Counted from the stretch's first letter, positions 9,495 through 20,060 are shown. The stretch is 64,000 nucleotides of DNA from Ferrithrix thermotolerans DSM 19514 (GCA_945889085.1 CAMDBM010000002.1:9745-73744), one strand, 5' to 3'. A program made the numbers and translations. Notes: generated by a model from the letters alone, not told the origin.

Positions 9495-9582
9495 TGACCC
9501 GGACGGTAGTGCTCCGGTGCGACATGTGCCACAGTCCCGCCCCTAGACACGGCCAGATGGCACCCGTAGCGTCTGTCCCGCT

Positions 9583-10437
9583 GTGGGGAACACCGTTCGA
9601 ATCACGTTCCACGGCGTCCGTGGGTCGACGCCGTGTCACGGTGACGAAGTCCGTCGGTACGGCGGGAACACGTCATGCGTGTCTGTTGACGCGCCCGGGG
9701 AGGACCCGCTCGTGTTCGACCTCGGCACCGGATTGCGCTACTTCGGCCGAAACCAACCCCACGACGGATCGTTCCGAGGAACGTGCCTGCTCACGCACCT
9801 GCACTGGGACCACACCCAGGGTCTCCCGTTCTTCGTCCCGATCCTGCGCGATGGCGCCAAGCTCGACATCTACGGGCCAACCCAGGAGGACGGGGCCACG
9901 GTCCGTACCGCGATGAGCCGCTTCATGGCGCCCCCACACTTCCCGGTGGAGCTGGACAAGCTTCCCGGTGCGATCAACTTCTTCGATGTGGGCGACCACG
10001 ATTTCTTCGTCGGGGGCTTCGCCGTCCGGTCGCGCCTCATCCCCCATGTTGGCAACACGCTCGGCTTCCGGGTGGAGTGGAACGGGCTGTCGATTGCCTA
10101 CCTGTCGGACCACCAACAGCCCTACGACGGTTCGTTCGGCGCCACCGACGGGGCGATGGACCTTGTACGCGGTGCCGATCTCGTGATCCACGATGCGCAG
10201 TACACGCCTGAAGAGTTCGAGATGAAGAGCACGTGGGGTCATTGCACGGTTGATTACGCCGTGTGGCTCGCCGCAACAGCGGGCGCCAAGCGTCTTGCTC
10301 TGTTCCATCACGACCCGACCCGTCATGACGACGATGTGGACGCGCTGCTGTGCGCGGCGCGCGAGTCCGGCCGTGAACAGGGTGTGGAGGTCTTCGCTGC
10401 AAGCGAGGGTCTCACCGTGTCGCTCGACGCTGCCTGA
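9583..10437 (+). CDS. MBL-fold metallo-hydrolase
   Basis: Metal-binding motif HLHWDHTQG and a later HHD near the C-terminus. Confidence 0.85.
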   Translation: MGNTVRITFHGVRGSTPCHGDEVRRYGGNTSCVSVDAPGEDPLVFDLGTGLRYFGRNQPHDGSFRGTCLLTHLHWDHTQGLPFFVPILRDGAKLDIYGPTQEDGATVRTAMSRFMAPPHFPVELDKLPGAINFFDVGDHDFFVGGFAVRSRLIPHVGNTLGFRVEWNGLSIAYLSDHQQPYDGSFGATDGAMDLVRGADLVIHDAQYTPEEFEMKSTWGHCTVDYAVWLAATAGAKRLALFHHDPTRHDDDVDALLCAARESGREQGVEVFAASEGLTVSLDAA

Positions 10438-10511
10438 CCGAGGCTTACCCGTTGCCGGTAAGGGCAGATCCCCGGTTGCGTTGACGAGTACGTGCCGGAC
10501 GTCTGCTCCCC

Positions 10512-10535
10512 GGGTTGACGGACTAGGGTCAACCC
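10512..10535 (+). promoter_or_regulatory. 8-bp perfect inverted repeat (candidate operator or hairpin) upstream of the IOR gene
   Basis: GGGTTGAC-N8-GTCAACCC, about 70 nt upstream of ATG 10607. Confidence 0.3.
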
Positions 10536-10606
10536 CTGAAGAGGGTCTCGCCCAGATCCGCAGTGTCGGCAGTTCGCTGGCGGGAACCGGGTGTGAAGGG
10601 ACGATC

Positions 10607-13600
10607 ATGACTGACGTAGTTCACAAGCGGGGTGGCCAGCACGCCGGGGACCTCGACGCGAAGTACCGGGAGCCCGACGGCAGTTTCTACTTCACTGGGG
10701 TGCAGGCCCTCGTCCGCGTGCCGATCGACCAGATGCGTGCGGACCGGGACGCGGGTCTGAACACGGCGACCTTCATCTCCGGCTATCAGGGCTCGCCGCT
10801 TGGCGGTTACGACCGAGAACTCATTGCGCACAAGAAGCTCCTCGAACCGTGGAACTTCGTGCATGTGCCCGGCCTGAACGAGGAACTCGGCGCAACCGCA
10901 GTGGTCGGCAGCCAGATCTCGGCAACGTTCCCGGGACAGAAATATGACGGTGTCCTCGGCGTCTGGTACGGCAAGGCACCGGGTCTCGACCGCTCGGGCG
11001 ACGCGATCCGCCACGCGCAGTACGGCGGCACCACCCGTCACGGCGGTGTGCTCGCGCTGGTAGGGGACGATCCGGCCTGCAAGTCGTCCACCCTGCCGTC
11101 GTCATCGGAGTGGTCGATGGCGGATCTGCACATCCCCACCCTCCAGCCCGGAAACGTGCAGGAGAGCCTGGACCTCGGTCTGCACGGAATCGCGATCTCC
11201 CGACTCGTCGGGCTCTGGACCGGCATGAAGATCGTGTCGGCGGTTGCCGACGGTACGGCAACCATCGAGGTCGGTCCCGGCCGGTTCGCCCCAGTGATCC
11301 CCGAACTGATCTGGAACGGCAAGCCGTATCGGCCGACCGTCGAGGGCAACGTCGGGCCCTGGACCTCCGGTCCGCTGGAGAAGGAGATCTTCGAAGCACG
11401 GATCCCGCTCGCCGAGATGTATGCGTCGGCCAACAACCTCAACCGGATCACGGTCGACCCACCGCAGGCATGGATCGGCATTGTTGCATCGGGTCGTTGT
11501 TACTACGAGACCCTTGAGGCGCTTCATCTCCTCGGCCTCAGCCGGGCGGACCTCTCCAGATTCGGTATCCGACTCCTGCAGCTCGGCATGCTCTACCCGT
11601 TGGAGCGCGACGTGGTGCGCCGCTTCGCGCAGGGCCTCGAGGAGATCGTCGTCGTCGAGGAGAAGCGCCCGTTCATCGAGACGTACCTCCGTGACGCCCT
11701 GTACGACATGACGAACGCGCCGAGGATCCTCGGCAAGCGGGACCACGAGGGTGCCCTGCTGGTGCCCGGCACGGGAGCCCTCGATGCCGACTACCTCGTC
11801 GACCCCCTGCGCCGGCGTCTCGCAGCGCGCCTCGACTCTGCGCAGATGACACCGGCCACTCCGTCCTCGTCGGCCCTGCAGATCAAGCGCAAGATCGAGG
11901 TGCTCCCGAACCGCACGCCGTACTTCTGCTCCGGGTGCCCGCACTCCACGAGCACCAAGGTGCCAGAGGGCTCGCTGGTCGGCTCCGGAATCGGCTGCCA
12001 CGGTCTCGTGGTGTTCCTCGCCCCGGAGCGCGTGGGCCAGATCATGGGCGGCACGCAGATGGGCGGCGAGGGCGTCCAGTGGATTGGGGTTGCCCCGTTC
12101 GTCGAGACCGAACACTTCATCCAGAACATCGGGGACGGCACCTTCGCCCACTCGGGCTCGCTCGCCATCCGCCAGGCAGTCGCCGCGGACGCGAACATGA
12201 CGTTCAAACTGCTCTACAACAGCGCCGTGGCAATGACCGGCGGTCAGGACGCAGCAGGCGCGATGCCCGTCGACCGTCTCTCGTCGTGGGCGCTGTGCGA
12301 AGGCGTCAAGCGGGTCATCATCACCACCGACGAGTTGTCGAGGTACCGGGGCGTCAAACTGTCGTCCGGTGTCGAGGTGTGGGACCGCTCCCGAATCGTC
12401 GAGGCACAGGAAGTACTCGCGAAGATCCCCGGCGTCACTCTGCTCATCCACGACCAGCAGTGCGCAGCGGAAAAGCGTCGGGACCGCAAGCGCGGCAACG
12501 CCGTAGATCCGGCACGCCGGGTTGTCATCAACCAGCGCGTGTGCGAGGGATGTGGAGACTGCGGCGTGAAGTCGAACTGTCTCTCCGTTCAGCCCGTGGA
12601 TACCGAGTTCGGGCGCAAGACGGCAATTCACCAGTCGTCCTGCAACAAGGACTATTCCTGCCTCGAGGGTGATTGCCCCTCGTTCCTCACCGTGGTGCCC
12701 AAGAAATCCTCCGCTAGGTCGAAAAAAGCGACACGGGCCGAGGGCGGGGCCCGCCGTCGCCCGACGTTCGACCTGTCGCTGCTGCCCGAGCCGACACCGA
12801 TCGTGCCCACAGACAACGTCACGCTCCGGATGCCCGGGGTAGGCGGTACGGGCGTGGTCACTGTTGCCCAGATCGTCGGCACGGCCGCAACCCTCGACGG
12901 CAAGCACGTCGGTGGCCTCGATCAGACCGGTCTCTCGCAGAAGGCCGGGCCGGTGGTTTCCGACGTGCACATCTCCTCCACGCCCATCGAGGGAACGAAC
13001 AAGATCACTGCGGGTGGGGCGGATCTCTACCTCGTGTTCGACCTCCTCGTCGGTCTCTCGCCGGGCAACCTGGTTGGGGTGTCGCCTGCCCGGACGGTTG
13101 CGGTGGTCTCCACCTCGAAGAGTCCCACCGGGCTCATGGTGCGGGATACGAGCGCCGTGTACCCGAATCTCGCGGACCTGCAGTCCGACATGAACCAGGC
13201 GACGCGTGCGGCGGACAACCGTTTCCTCGACACGATCGCCGTCACCGAAGCACTCTTTGGGGAGTCGACAACGGCGAACATTTTCCAGCTCGGTATTGCG
13301 TACCAGTTGGGGGCACTGCCGGTATCTGCCGGGGCGATCGAATCGGCAATCGAGCTGAACGGTGCAGCGGTCAAGGCCAACAAGCTTGCGTTCCGCTGGG
13401 GGCGGCTCTGGGCCGTCGATCCCGCGAGGGTCCGCGAGCACTCGGTGTTCGCGGAGGACTACCTCCCCAAGCCCACGCAGCGCATCGAGGAAGCGATTGT
13501 CTCCATGGGTCTCGGCGACGGGGAACTGGGTCGGATCGTTCGCCTGCGCGCAGGGGATCTCGTCGTCTACCAGAACGAGAAGTACGCACGCTCCTATCTC

Positions 13601-14128
13601 GATGTGGTGAAGCAGGCCGCCGGTACGGACAGCATTGCCTTCGCCGAGGCCGTTGCTCGCGGTCTCTACCGGCTGATGGCGTACAAGGACGAGTACGAGG
13701 TTGCCCGGCTCCATCTGGAGGAGGGGGCCCGCGCCGAGGTGGAGAATGCCGTCGGCGCGAACGTCAAGGTGTACTTCAACTTCCATCCGCCGCTCCTGCG
13801 CAGCCTCGGTATGAAGAACAAGATTGCGCTGGGTCCGTGGGCCCGCCCGATCCTCGGCATGCTGCGCGCAGGGCGCGGCCTGCGGGGCACGTGGGCCGAT
13901 CCCTTCGGCAAGGCCGAGGTCCGTCGGGTGGAGCGTGGGCTCATCAACGAGTACGTGTCACTGATCGGGCAGGTATCTACCCGGGTCAACGACGGCACGG
14001 TGGCGGCAGCGGTGGAGCTGGCTGGTCTGCCGGAACTCGTCCGTGGGTATGAGCAGATCAAACTGCGCACCGTGGAGCACTACCGCTCAGAGCTCGCCCG
14101 CCTCCGTAGCAACCTCGGGCTCGTGTAG
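10607..14128 (+). CDS. indolepyruvate ferredoxin oxidoreductase family protein (fused alpha/beta, ~1170 aa)
   Basis: N-terminus FYFTGVQALVRVPIDQ, a TPP-binding region, ferredoxin-like CEGCGDCGVKSNC, and characteristic length. ATG at 10607. The upstream part of ORF 10250.. overlaps the MBL gene. Confidence 0.9.
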   Translation: MTDVVHKRGGQHAGDLDAKYREPDGSFYFTGVQALVRVPIDQMRADRDAGLNTATFISGYQGSPLGGYDRELIAHKKLLEPWNFVHVPGLNEELGATAVVGSQISATFPGQKYDGVLGVWYGKAPGLDRSGDAIRHAQYGGTTRHGGVLALVGDDPACKSSTLPSSSEWSMADLHIPTLQPGNVQESLDLGLHGIAISRLVGLWTGMKIVSAVADGTATIEVGPGRFAPVIPELIWNGKPYRPTVEGNVGPWTSGPLEKEIFEARIPLAEMYASANNLNRITVDPPQAWIGIVASGRCYYETLEALHLLGLSRADLSRFGIRLLQLGMLYPLERDVVRRFAQGLEEIVVVEEKRPFIETYLRDALYDMTNAPRILGKRDHEGALLVPGTGALDADYLVDPLRRRLAARLDSAQMTPATPSSSALQIKRKIEVLPNRTPYFCSGCPHSTSTKVPEGSLVGSGIGCHGLVVFLAPERVGQIMGGTQMGGEGVQWIGVAPFVETEHFIQNIGDGTFAHSGSLAIRQAVAADANMTFKLLYNSAVAMTGGQDAAGAMPVDRLSSWALCEGVKRVIITTDELSRYRGVKLSSGVEVWDRSRIVEAQEVLAKIPGVTLLIHDQQCAAEKRRDRKRGNAVDPARRVVINQRVCEGCGDCGVKSNCLSVQPVDTEFGRKTAIHQSSCNKDYSCLEGDCPSFLTVVPKKSSARSKKATRAEGGARRRPTFDLSLLPEPTPIVPTDNVTLRMPGVGGTGVVTVAQIVGTAATLDGKHVGGLDQTGLSQKAGPVVSDVHISSTPIEGTNKITAGGADLYLVFDLLVGLSPGNLVGVSPARTVAVVSTSKSPTGLMVRDTSAVYPNLADLQSDMNQATRAADNRFLDTIAVTEALFGESTTANIFQLGIAYQLGALPVSAGAIESAIELNGAAVKANKLAFRWGRLWAVDPARVREHSVFAEDYLPKPTQRIEEAIVSMGLGDGELGRIVRLRAGDLVVYQNEKYARSYLDVVKQAAGTDSIAFAEAVARGLYRLMAYKDEYEVARLHLEEGARAEVENAVGANVKVYFNFHPPLLRSLGMKNKIALGPWARPILGMLRAGRGLRGTWADPFGKAEVRRVERGLINEYVSLIGQVSTRVNDGTVAAAVELAGLPELVRGYEQIKLRTVEHYRSELARLRSNLGLV

Positions 14129-14138
14129 CTGCGGCGAG

Positions 14139-14690
14139 TTATTTGGCAGTCTCGAACCGGTGGTAGTCCGTGGTGTCCATGATGGAGCCGGGGCCCTCGG
14201 TGGGCAGCATCTCGAAGTAGTTGAGTGCGCCGTTCACGTCGTGCTCCCAGACCTCCTTGGGCACCTCGTAGAGCACCTCGATGCCGTTGCCGTCGGGGTC
14301 GCTGATGTAGACGCTGTGGGTCATGCCGTGGTTGCCGCGAATGATGAACTTCACCCCGATGTCCTGGATGTGCTCGATGCGCGCTAGCCATTCCTCCCGT
14401 GTCGGGTAGCCGATGGCAACGTGGTTCAGGCCGACCTTGGCCTCGGGGAAGAAGCCGCCCCACGGTTCAGCGGGCTCGAGGGTGCCCTTCCCCTGGACGA
14501 GCGCGATGTCGTGATGCGAGTCTGGGTGGCCCTGGTAGAACCACATCGTGGAGCCGGCGAGCGGTCCGGTGAGTTCACCGTTGCGCGTGAAGCCGAGGAC
14601 CTCGGTGTAGAACCGATGCGACGCCTCGATGTCCCGGACGGTGAGGACGAGGTGATTGACGGACGGGCCGTACGGGTGTGCAGAAGGCAT
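14139..14690 (-). CDS. VOC-family (glyoxalase / extradiol dioxygenase-like) protein
   Basis: VNHLVLTVRDIEASHRFYTEVLGF and a second beta-alpha-beta-beta-beta module LNHVAIGY. Confidence 0.8.
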   Translation of the reverse strand: MPSAHPYGPSVNHLVLTVRDIEASHRFYTEVLGFTRNGELTGPLAGSTMWFYQGHPDSHHDIALVQGKGTLEPAEPWGGFFPEAKVGLNHVAIGYPTREEWLARIEHIQDIGVKFIIRGNHGMTHSVYISDPDGNGIEVLYEVPKEVWEHDVNGALNYFEMLPTEGPGSIMDTTDYHRFETAK

Positions 14691-14735
14691 GACAGTTCCC
14701 CAGATCGAGAAGATTTCCCGCTTCGGAGACTACGA

Positions 14736-14776
14736 GATCGCCCGAGATGGGGCAACGGTTCGAGGCTCGGGCGATC
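14736..14776. promoter_or_regulatory. 11-bp perfect inverted repeat in the divergent VOC / hpaB-like promoter region
   Basis: GATCGCCCGAG-N19-CTCGGGCGATC. Confidence 0.3.
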
Positions 14777-14878
14777 CGTCCCGCTGCAGAGCGAGTGGCT
14801 GCGTGGTTACGCTGATTGGGTGGGCAGGCAAGCACAAGGACCACCGCCGTGCTGGGCCGATGCGACCGGGGGATCAAC

Positions 14879-16441
14879 GTGACAGCAACCGAGAGTCAGC
14901 CGACCTCGTCCACCGCACGTCGTGCGTACACGGGCGCCGAGTACATCGAGAGCCTGCGCGATGGCCGCACGGTGTACTTCCAGGGCGAGCGGGTCAAGGA
15001 CGTCACCACGCACCCGGCGTTCCGCAACAGCGTGAGGTCCATCGCGACGATGTACGACGCGCTGCACGACCCAGCCACCCGGGACATCCTCACCACCGAG
15101 ACCGACACCGGGAGCGGCGGCCGTACGCATCGGTTCTTCAAGGTTCCCCGGACGGTGGAGGATCTCATCGGCGGCCGTGACGCCATCGCCTGCTGGCAGC
15201 GCCTCGTCCATGGATGGATGGGTCGGGCGCCCGACTACAAGGCGGCGTTCCTCGGCACCCTCGGTGCCAACAGCGAGTTCTACGCCCCGTACCAGGCCAA
15301 CGCGCTGCACTGGTACAAAGAGACGCAGGAGACCGTTCCGTACTGGAACCACGCAATCGTCCACCCGCCCGTGGACCGCAACCTGCCCGCGGACGAGTCG
15401 GCGGGGGTTTGCATGCACGTCGAGAAAGAGACCGACAACGGCCTCGTCGTGTCGGGTGCGAAGGTGGTCGCAACCGGCTCGGCACTCACGCACTACAACT
15501 TCATCGCCCACTACGGACTGCCGGTGAGGCACAAGGCGTACGGAATCGTGTGCACAACGCCGATGGACGCACCCGGGGTCAAACTGATCTGCCGCAACTC
15601 CTTCGAGTTCCAGGCGGCTGTTACCGGCAGCCCATTCGACTACCCACTGTCGAGCCGGCTGGACGAGAACGACTCGATCCTCGTGTTCGACAAGGTGCTC
15701 ATCCCGTGGGAGAACGTCTTCATGTACGGGGCCGACGAGGCAACGTCGTGGGCGGGTGGTTCGGGCTTCACTCCGCGGTTCACCCTGCACGGGCTCACAC
15801 GCCTCTGCGTCAAACTCGACTTCATCATCGGAGTGCTCGCCAAGGCCCTGCGCGCCACCGGCGCGAGCGAGTTCCGCGGCGTTCAGGCAAACCTCGGCGA
15901 GTGCATCGCAATCCGCAACATGTTCTGGGCGATGAGTGACCAGATGTGCAAGTCGCCGACCATGTGGGCGAACGGCTGCTTGCAGCCGAACCTCGAGACC
16001 GGGATGTCGTACCGGGTCATGGCCCCGTGGCTGTACCCGAGGATCAAGGAGATCATCGAGCAGGTGGTCGCATCCGGCCTCATCTACGTGAACTCGAACG
16101 CTGCCGACTTCAAGTCCGACGAGATCCGCCCGTACCTCGAGAAGTACGTCCGTGGGTCCAACGGCATCGGTGCCCTCGACCGCGTGAAGATCATGAAACT
16201 GCTGTGGGACTGCATCGGCAGCGAGTTCGGCGGTCGCCACGAGTTGTACGAGCGCAATTACTCGGGAAGCCACGAGGACGCACGAATCCAGTGCGTAGGC
16301 GTGGCCAGCATGACCGGGACCCTCGAGATGATGGAGGGCATGGCGGATCGCGCGATGTCTGAGTACGACCTCGACGGCTGGACCTCGGACAAGTTCCTGA
16401 ATCCCACAGACGTCAGCGCCATCGGCAAGTTCAACTTCTGA
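14879..16441 (+). CDS. 4-hydroxyphenylacetate 3-hydroxylase family flavin-dependent monooxygenase (oxygenase component)
   Basis: HpaB-family N-terminus [32 protein letters not shown], with length and C-terminal region typical of the family. The start is uncertain (GTG 14879 or the upstream 14816). Confidence 0.85.
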   Translation: MTATESQPTSSTARRAYTGAEYIESLRDGRTVYFQGERVKDVTTHPAFRNSVRSIATMYDALHDPATRDILTTETDTGSGGRTHRFFKVPRTVEDLIGGRDAIACWQRLVHGWMGRAPDYKAAFLGTLGANSEFYAPYQANALHWYKETQETVPYWNHAIVHPPVDRNLPADESAGVCMHVEKETDNGLVVSGAKVVATGSALTHYNFIAHYGLPVRHKAYGIVCTTPMDAPGVKLICRNSFEFQAAVTGSPFDYPLSSRLDENDSILVFDKVLIPWENVFMYGADEATSWAGGSGFTPRFTLHGLTRLCVKLDFIIGVLAKALRATGASEFRGVQANLGECIAIRNMFWAMSDQMCKSPTMWANGCLQPNLETGMSYRVMAPWLYPRIKEIIEQVVASGLIYVNSNAADFKSDEIRPYLEKYVRGSNGIGALDRVKIMKLLWDCIGSEFGGRHELYERNYSGSHEDARIQCVGVASMTGTLEMMEGMADRAMSEYDLDGWTSDKFLNPTDVSAIGKFNF

Positions 16442-16475
16442 TTCCGGGCCGCATGATGGCTACGGTCGGGGGCAC

Positions 16476-17450
16476 ATGAGGTTCATCGTCTACGGAACAG
16501 GTGCGGTCGGGGGCCCGATCGCCGCAAAGCTGGTGCAGAACGAACACGACGTGGTTGCGGTGGCCCGCGGCGAGCATGCCACGGCGATGGCGCGGGATGG
16601 GTTGGTGCTCGAGACGCCCACGGGTGCGGTTCACGTGCGGCTGCCGGTGGTCACGGACCCGGGCGACATCGTGTTCGGCGTGGGGGACGTCGTGATCATC
16701 TCGGTGAAGTCCCAGGACCTCCCCCCGGTACTCGAGCGGCTGGCCAGGACGATGCCGTGGGGTACGCCGGTGGTGTGTGCCCAGAACGCAGTGTGCAACG
16801 AGCCGAGTGCGCTCCGGCTCTTCCCCAACGTGTACGGGATGAACGTGATGCTCATCGGCACGCACCTGAAGCCCGGGGTGGTGCAGGTGTATACGTCGCC
16901 GCTCAACGGGATCCTCGACATCGGTCGGTACCCCAACGGGGTGGATGACACGAGCCGTGCGATCTGTGCTGCGCTCGAACAGTCGGGATTCGAGTCCGCG
17001 GCCCGGCCGGACATCATGCGGTGGAAGTACGGCAAGCTGCTCATGAACCTCAACAATGCGATCGAGGTGGCCGTCGGCCCCGGGTTCGGGTACTCCGAGG
17101 CCTACCGACGCGTGCGTGCAGAGGGGGAGGCGTGCCTGAGTGCCGCCGGGATCGAGTACGTAGGACGCGACGAGGATGTCGCCCACCGTGGGGACACACT
17201 CCGCTTCCACCTCATCGAGGGGCAGGACCGCGGCGGCGGGTCAACGTGGCAGAGCTTCCTGCGCAACCGCGGCAGCGCCGAGACCGACTATCTCAACGGT
17301 GAGATCGTGCTCCTCGGCCGGCTGCACGGAATCCCGACCCCCGCGAACGCGTTCCTCCAGCGCCTGATGCACCGCATGCTCGTCGACGGACCCGCCCCGG
17401 GATCGATGAGCCACGACGAACTCGTGGCGGCTATGGATGCCGACCAGTAG
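16476..17450 (+). CDS. ketopantoate reductase (ApbA/PanE) family oxidoreductase
   Basis: N-terminal Rossmann MRFIVYGTGAVGGPIAAKL. MRWKYGKLLMNLNNA matches the family's conserved KxxxN region. Confidence 0.8.
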   Translation: MRFIVYGTGAVGGPIAAKLVQNEHDVVAVARGEHATAMARDGLVLETPTGAVHVRLPVVTDPGDIVFGVGDVVIISVKSQDLPPVLERLARTMPWGTPVVCAQNAVCNEPSALRLFPNVYGMNVMLIGTHLKPGVVQVYTSPLNGILDIGRYPNGVDDTSRAICAALEQSGFESAARPDIMRWKYGKLLMNLNNAIEVAVGPGFGYSEAYRRVRAEGEACLSAAGIEYVGRDEDVAHRGDTLRFHLIEGQDRGGGSTWQSFLRNRGSAETDYLNGEIVLLGRLHGIPTPANAFLQRLMHRMLVDGPAPGSMSHDELVAAMDADQ

Positions 17451-17545
17451 TCGGTCGCATTGGTCGGTCCGTCGGTTGCGTACCGAGTGGCACGGGGGGC
17501 GAAGTCGTTCCTGACAGTTGTGGCGCCGTCGCCTAACGTGAGCAC

Positions 17546-18034
17546 GTGAGCAACTTCGATACCGCGCGCTTCCGTCAGGTCCTCGGACACTTCCCCACCG
17601 GGGTCACGATCGTGACGGGCCTGTCTGCCTCGGGGGAGCCGGGCGGGCTCACCATCGGTTCGTTCTGCTCGGTCTCGCTCGAGCCGCCGCTCGTGGGGTT
17701 TCTGCCGGCCATCAATTCGCGCAGTTGGCCAGACATCGCTCCCGGCGGATCGTTCTGCGTGAACATCCTCGGCGCCGAACAGGGAGAACTGTGCTGGAGA
17801 TTCGCCAAGGACTCAGAGGGTCGCTTCGACGGCATCGACTGGCAGAAGGCCCCGAGCGGCTCGCCCATCCTGCCGGGTGCAATCGGGTGGATTGACTGCA
17901 GCACGGAGCAGGTCATTGAGATGGGTGACCACTGGTTCGTGCTCGGCCGTGTGGGGGATCTGCACTGCGAGGACGACGTGAGCGACGCCATGACCTTCTT
18001 CAAGGGCAAGGTCTGCAGCGTCAAGATGGGATGA
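17546..18034 (+). CDS. flavin reductase family protein (FMN-binding split barrel)
   Basis: FRQVLGHFPTGVTIVT...GLTIGSFCSVSLEPPLV is typical of HpaC/NADH:flavin reductase components. Confidence 0.85.
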   Translation: MSNFDTARFRQVLGHFPTGVTIVTGLSASGEPGGLTIGSFCSVSLEPPLVGFLPAINSRSWPDIAPGGSFCVNILGAEQGELCWRFAKDSEGRFDGIDWQKAPSGSPILPGAIGWIDCSTEQVIEMGDHWFVLGRVGDLHCEDDVSDAMTFFKGKVCSVKMG

Positions 18035-18035
18035 G

Positions 18036-20060
18036 CTAGGTGGTGGCGAGGAGGAAGACGAACGTCTGGGCCAGATCGCGCCAGGCGTCGTAGCGGCCCG
18101 AGGGCCCACCGTGCCCGGCGTCCATTTCGGTCTTGAACACGATCGGCCTCGACCCCGTATTCACCGACCGCAGGCGTGCCACCCACTTTGCCGGCTCGTG
18201 GTAACTCACCCGTGGATCGTTGAGGCCCGCAGTGACGTACGTGGCCGGATAGTCGGCCGCATCGGTGTTGTCGTACGGCGAGTAGCCGAGCATGTAACTG
18301 GCGTACGGCTCGCTGCGCGGGTCTCCCCACTCCTCCCACTCTGTCACCGTCAGCGGGAGAGTCGGGTCGCTCATCGTCGTGACGATGTCGAGGAACGGCA
18401 CCTCGGCAACCACGGACGCAAAGAGTTCCGGACGCATCGTGGCGCAGGCACCGACGAGCAGGCCGCCGGCCGAGCCTCCCTCGATCGCCACACGGCTCGG
18501 GTGCGCCCAACCCTCGGCGACGAGGTGCTCCGCGCAGGCGATGAAGTCCTCGAAGGTGTTGCGCTTGTTGAGCAGCTTGCCGTTCCGGTACCAGCGCCGA
18601 CCCAGCTCGCCGCCACCCCTCGGGTGCGCAAGTGCCCACACCCACCCCCGGTCGAGGAGCGAGAGGCGGCCCACCGAGAACCATGGGGCGATCGACATCT
18701 CGTACGAGCCGTAGCCGTAGAGCAGTAGGGGAGCGGTGGAGTTGCGCTCCGTCCCCCTGCGCCACACGAGGTCGACCGGTACGCGCTCGCCGTCACTGGA
18801 CGTCGCCCACGTGCGGGTGGTCTCGTACGCAGCGAGGTCCACGTTGGGCGTTGGCGTCTGCTTGAGCAGCGCCCGCTCGCCGGTGCGCACGTTCTCCTCG
18901 AACGTGCCGCGTGGCTGCATGAGCGACTGGTAGTCGAAGCGGAGCAGTTCAGTGTCGTACTCGGGGTTCGCGGAGAACTCGACGTCGCACGGGCTGTCGC
19001 CAACGTCGATGCGACGCGTTGATCGGTCGCGAAACATCACGCGCAGCCCGGGCTGGGCGTCGGCCCACTGGTGGAGGACAAGATGGGTGCCGAAGGGTTC
19101 CACCCCGGTGATGCGGCGCCCAGATTCGTGCGGAACCAATTCGGTCCAAGCGGCCGGGTCGTCGATCGACGCGGTCATCACGCGGAAGTCCTCTGCGTCG
19201 AGATTGGTCAGTACGACGAAGCAGTCCCCCCAGTGATCCACCGCGTACTCGTGCTTGTCGAGTCGTTCACGGACACGCAACGGCCCGGCCGTCGGGTTGT
19301 CGGCCCGGATGAGCCACACCTCGGAGGATTCCTTCGATTCCAGCGTGACGATGATCCAGGCCCCACTGCGGCTCAGGTCCACCTCGAGGAAGAACCGCTC
19401 GTCGGGTTCCTCGAGCACGAGGACGTCCGCGGACTGCTCCGTGCCGATGCGGTGGCGCCACAGTTGATACGGCCGCATCGCCTCGTCGGGCACCGTGTAA
19501 AAGATCCACTCGTTGTCGGCGGACCACGCAGTTCCGTAGTACGTGCGCTCAACTCGGTCGGCGAGGTCCGCCCCGGTGTCGAGGTCTCTCACCCGCAGGA
19601 CGTACTCCTCCGAGCCGTCCCGATCGTGCGACCACGCGAGCAGACGATGGTTGGGGCTGATGTCGAAGGCGCCGAGTGCGAAATAGTCGGACCCCTCTGC
19701 CTCACGGTTCTCGTCGAGGAGCACGTGCGACGACGCGGTCCCGGCCGAGTCGCCGCGGCAGTGAACCCCGTAGGACTGCCCCTCGATCGTGCGCCCGACG
19801 TACCACCACGGTCCCTTGCGCACCGGGACGGACTGGTCGGTCTCCTGGATCCGTGACCGGATCTCGCCGAACAACGTCTCTTTGAGCGCAGCGTGGGGGC
19901 CGAACCACTCCTCGCAATACGTGTTCTCGGCGTGGAGGTAGCCAAGGGTCGCCGGGTCCTGCGGGTTGCTCAGCCACGCGTACGGGTCCTCGGTTGGCCC
20001 GGTGGGGCGTTGCCAGGTGTGGGCACGGCGTTCGGCGACGGGGGGTTGCACGACGGGCAC
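18036..20060 (-). CDS. ptrB: S9A serine peptidase, oligopeptidase B-like
   Basis: DPYAWL N-terminus, a beta-propeller region, catalytic GGSAGGLLVGA, and a late D/H (DAGHGG). Confidence 0.85.
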   Translation of the reverse strand: MPVVQPPVAERRAHTWQRPTGPTEDPYAWLSNPQDPATLGYLHAENTYCEEWFGPHAALKETLFGEIRSRIQETDQSVPVRKGPWWYVGRTIEGQSYGVHCRGDSAGTASSHVLLDENREAEGSDYFALGAFDISPNHRLLAWSHDRDGSEEYVLRVRDLDTGADLADRVERTYYGTAWSADNEWIFYTVPDEAMRPYQLWRHRIGTEQSADVLVLEEPDERFFLEVDLSRSGAWIIVTLESKESSEVWLIRADNPTAGPLRVRERLDKHEYAVDHWGDCFVVLTNLDAEDFRVMTASIDDPAAWTELVPHESGRRITGVEPFGTHLVLHQWADAQPGLRVMFRDRSTRRIDVGDSPCDVEFSANPEYDTELLRFDYQSLMQPRGTFEENVRTGERALLKQTPTPNVDLAAYETTRTWATSSDGERVPVDLVWRRGTERNSTAPLLLYGYGSYEMSIAPWFSVGRLSLLDRGWVWALAHPRGGGELGRRWYRNGKLLNKRNTFEDFIACAEHLVAEGWAHPSRVAIEGGSAGGLLVGACATMRPELFASVVAEVPFLDIVTTMSDPTLPLTVTEWEEWGDPRSEPYASYMLGYSPYDNTDAADYPATYVTAGLNDPRVSYHEPAKWVARLRSVNTGSRPIVFKTEMDAGHGGPSGRYDAWRDLAQTFVFLLATT

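Noticed and set aside
10250-10606. An upstream start (10250) for the 1292-aa ORF
   Set aside because: The first 119 codons overlap the MBL gene and the intergenic hairpins and have junk composition. Family-typical sequence begins at ATG 10607.
11102-13786. 894-aa ORF antisense to the indolepyruvate oxidoreductase family gene
   Set aside because: This is a typical GC-rich shadow ORF. It is Arg/Gly/Pro/His-rich and low in complexity, with no motifs, and it overlaps a gene with strong family signatures on the other strand. The same reasoning applies to 14807..16273, 43746..45476, 46381..47868, 58853..60046 and 60434..61993.
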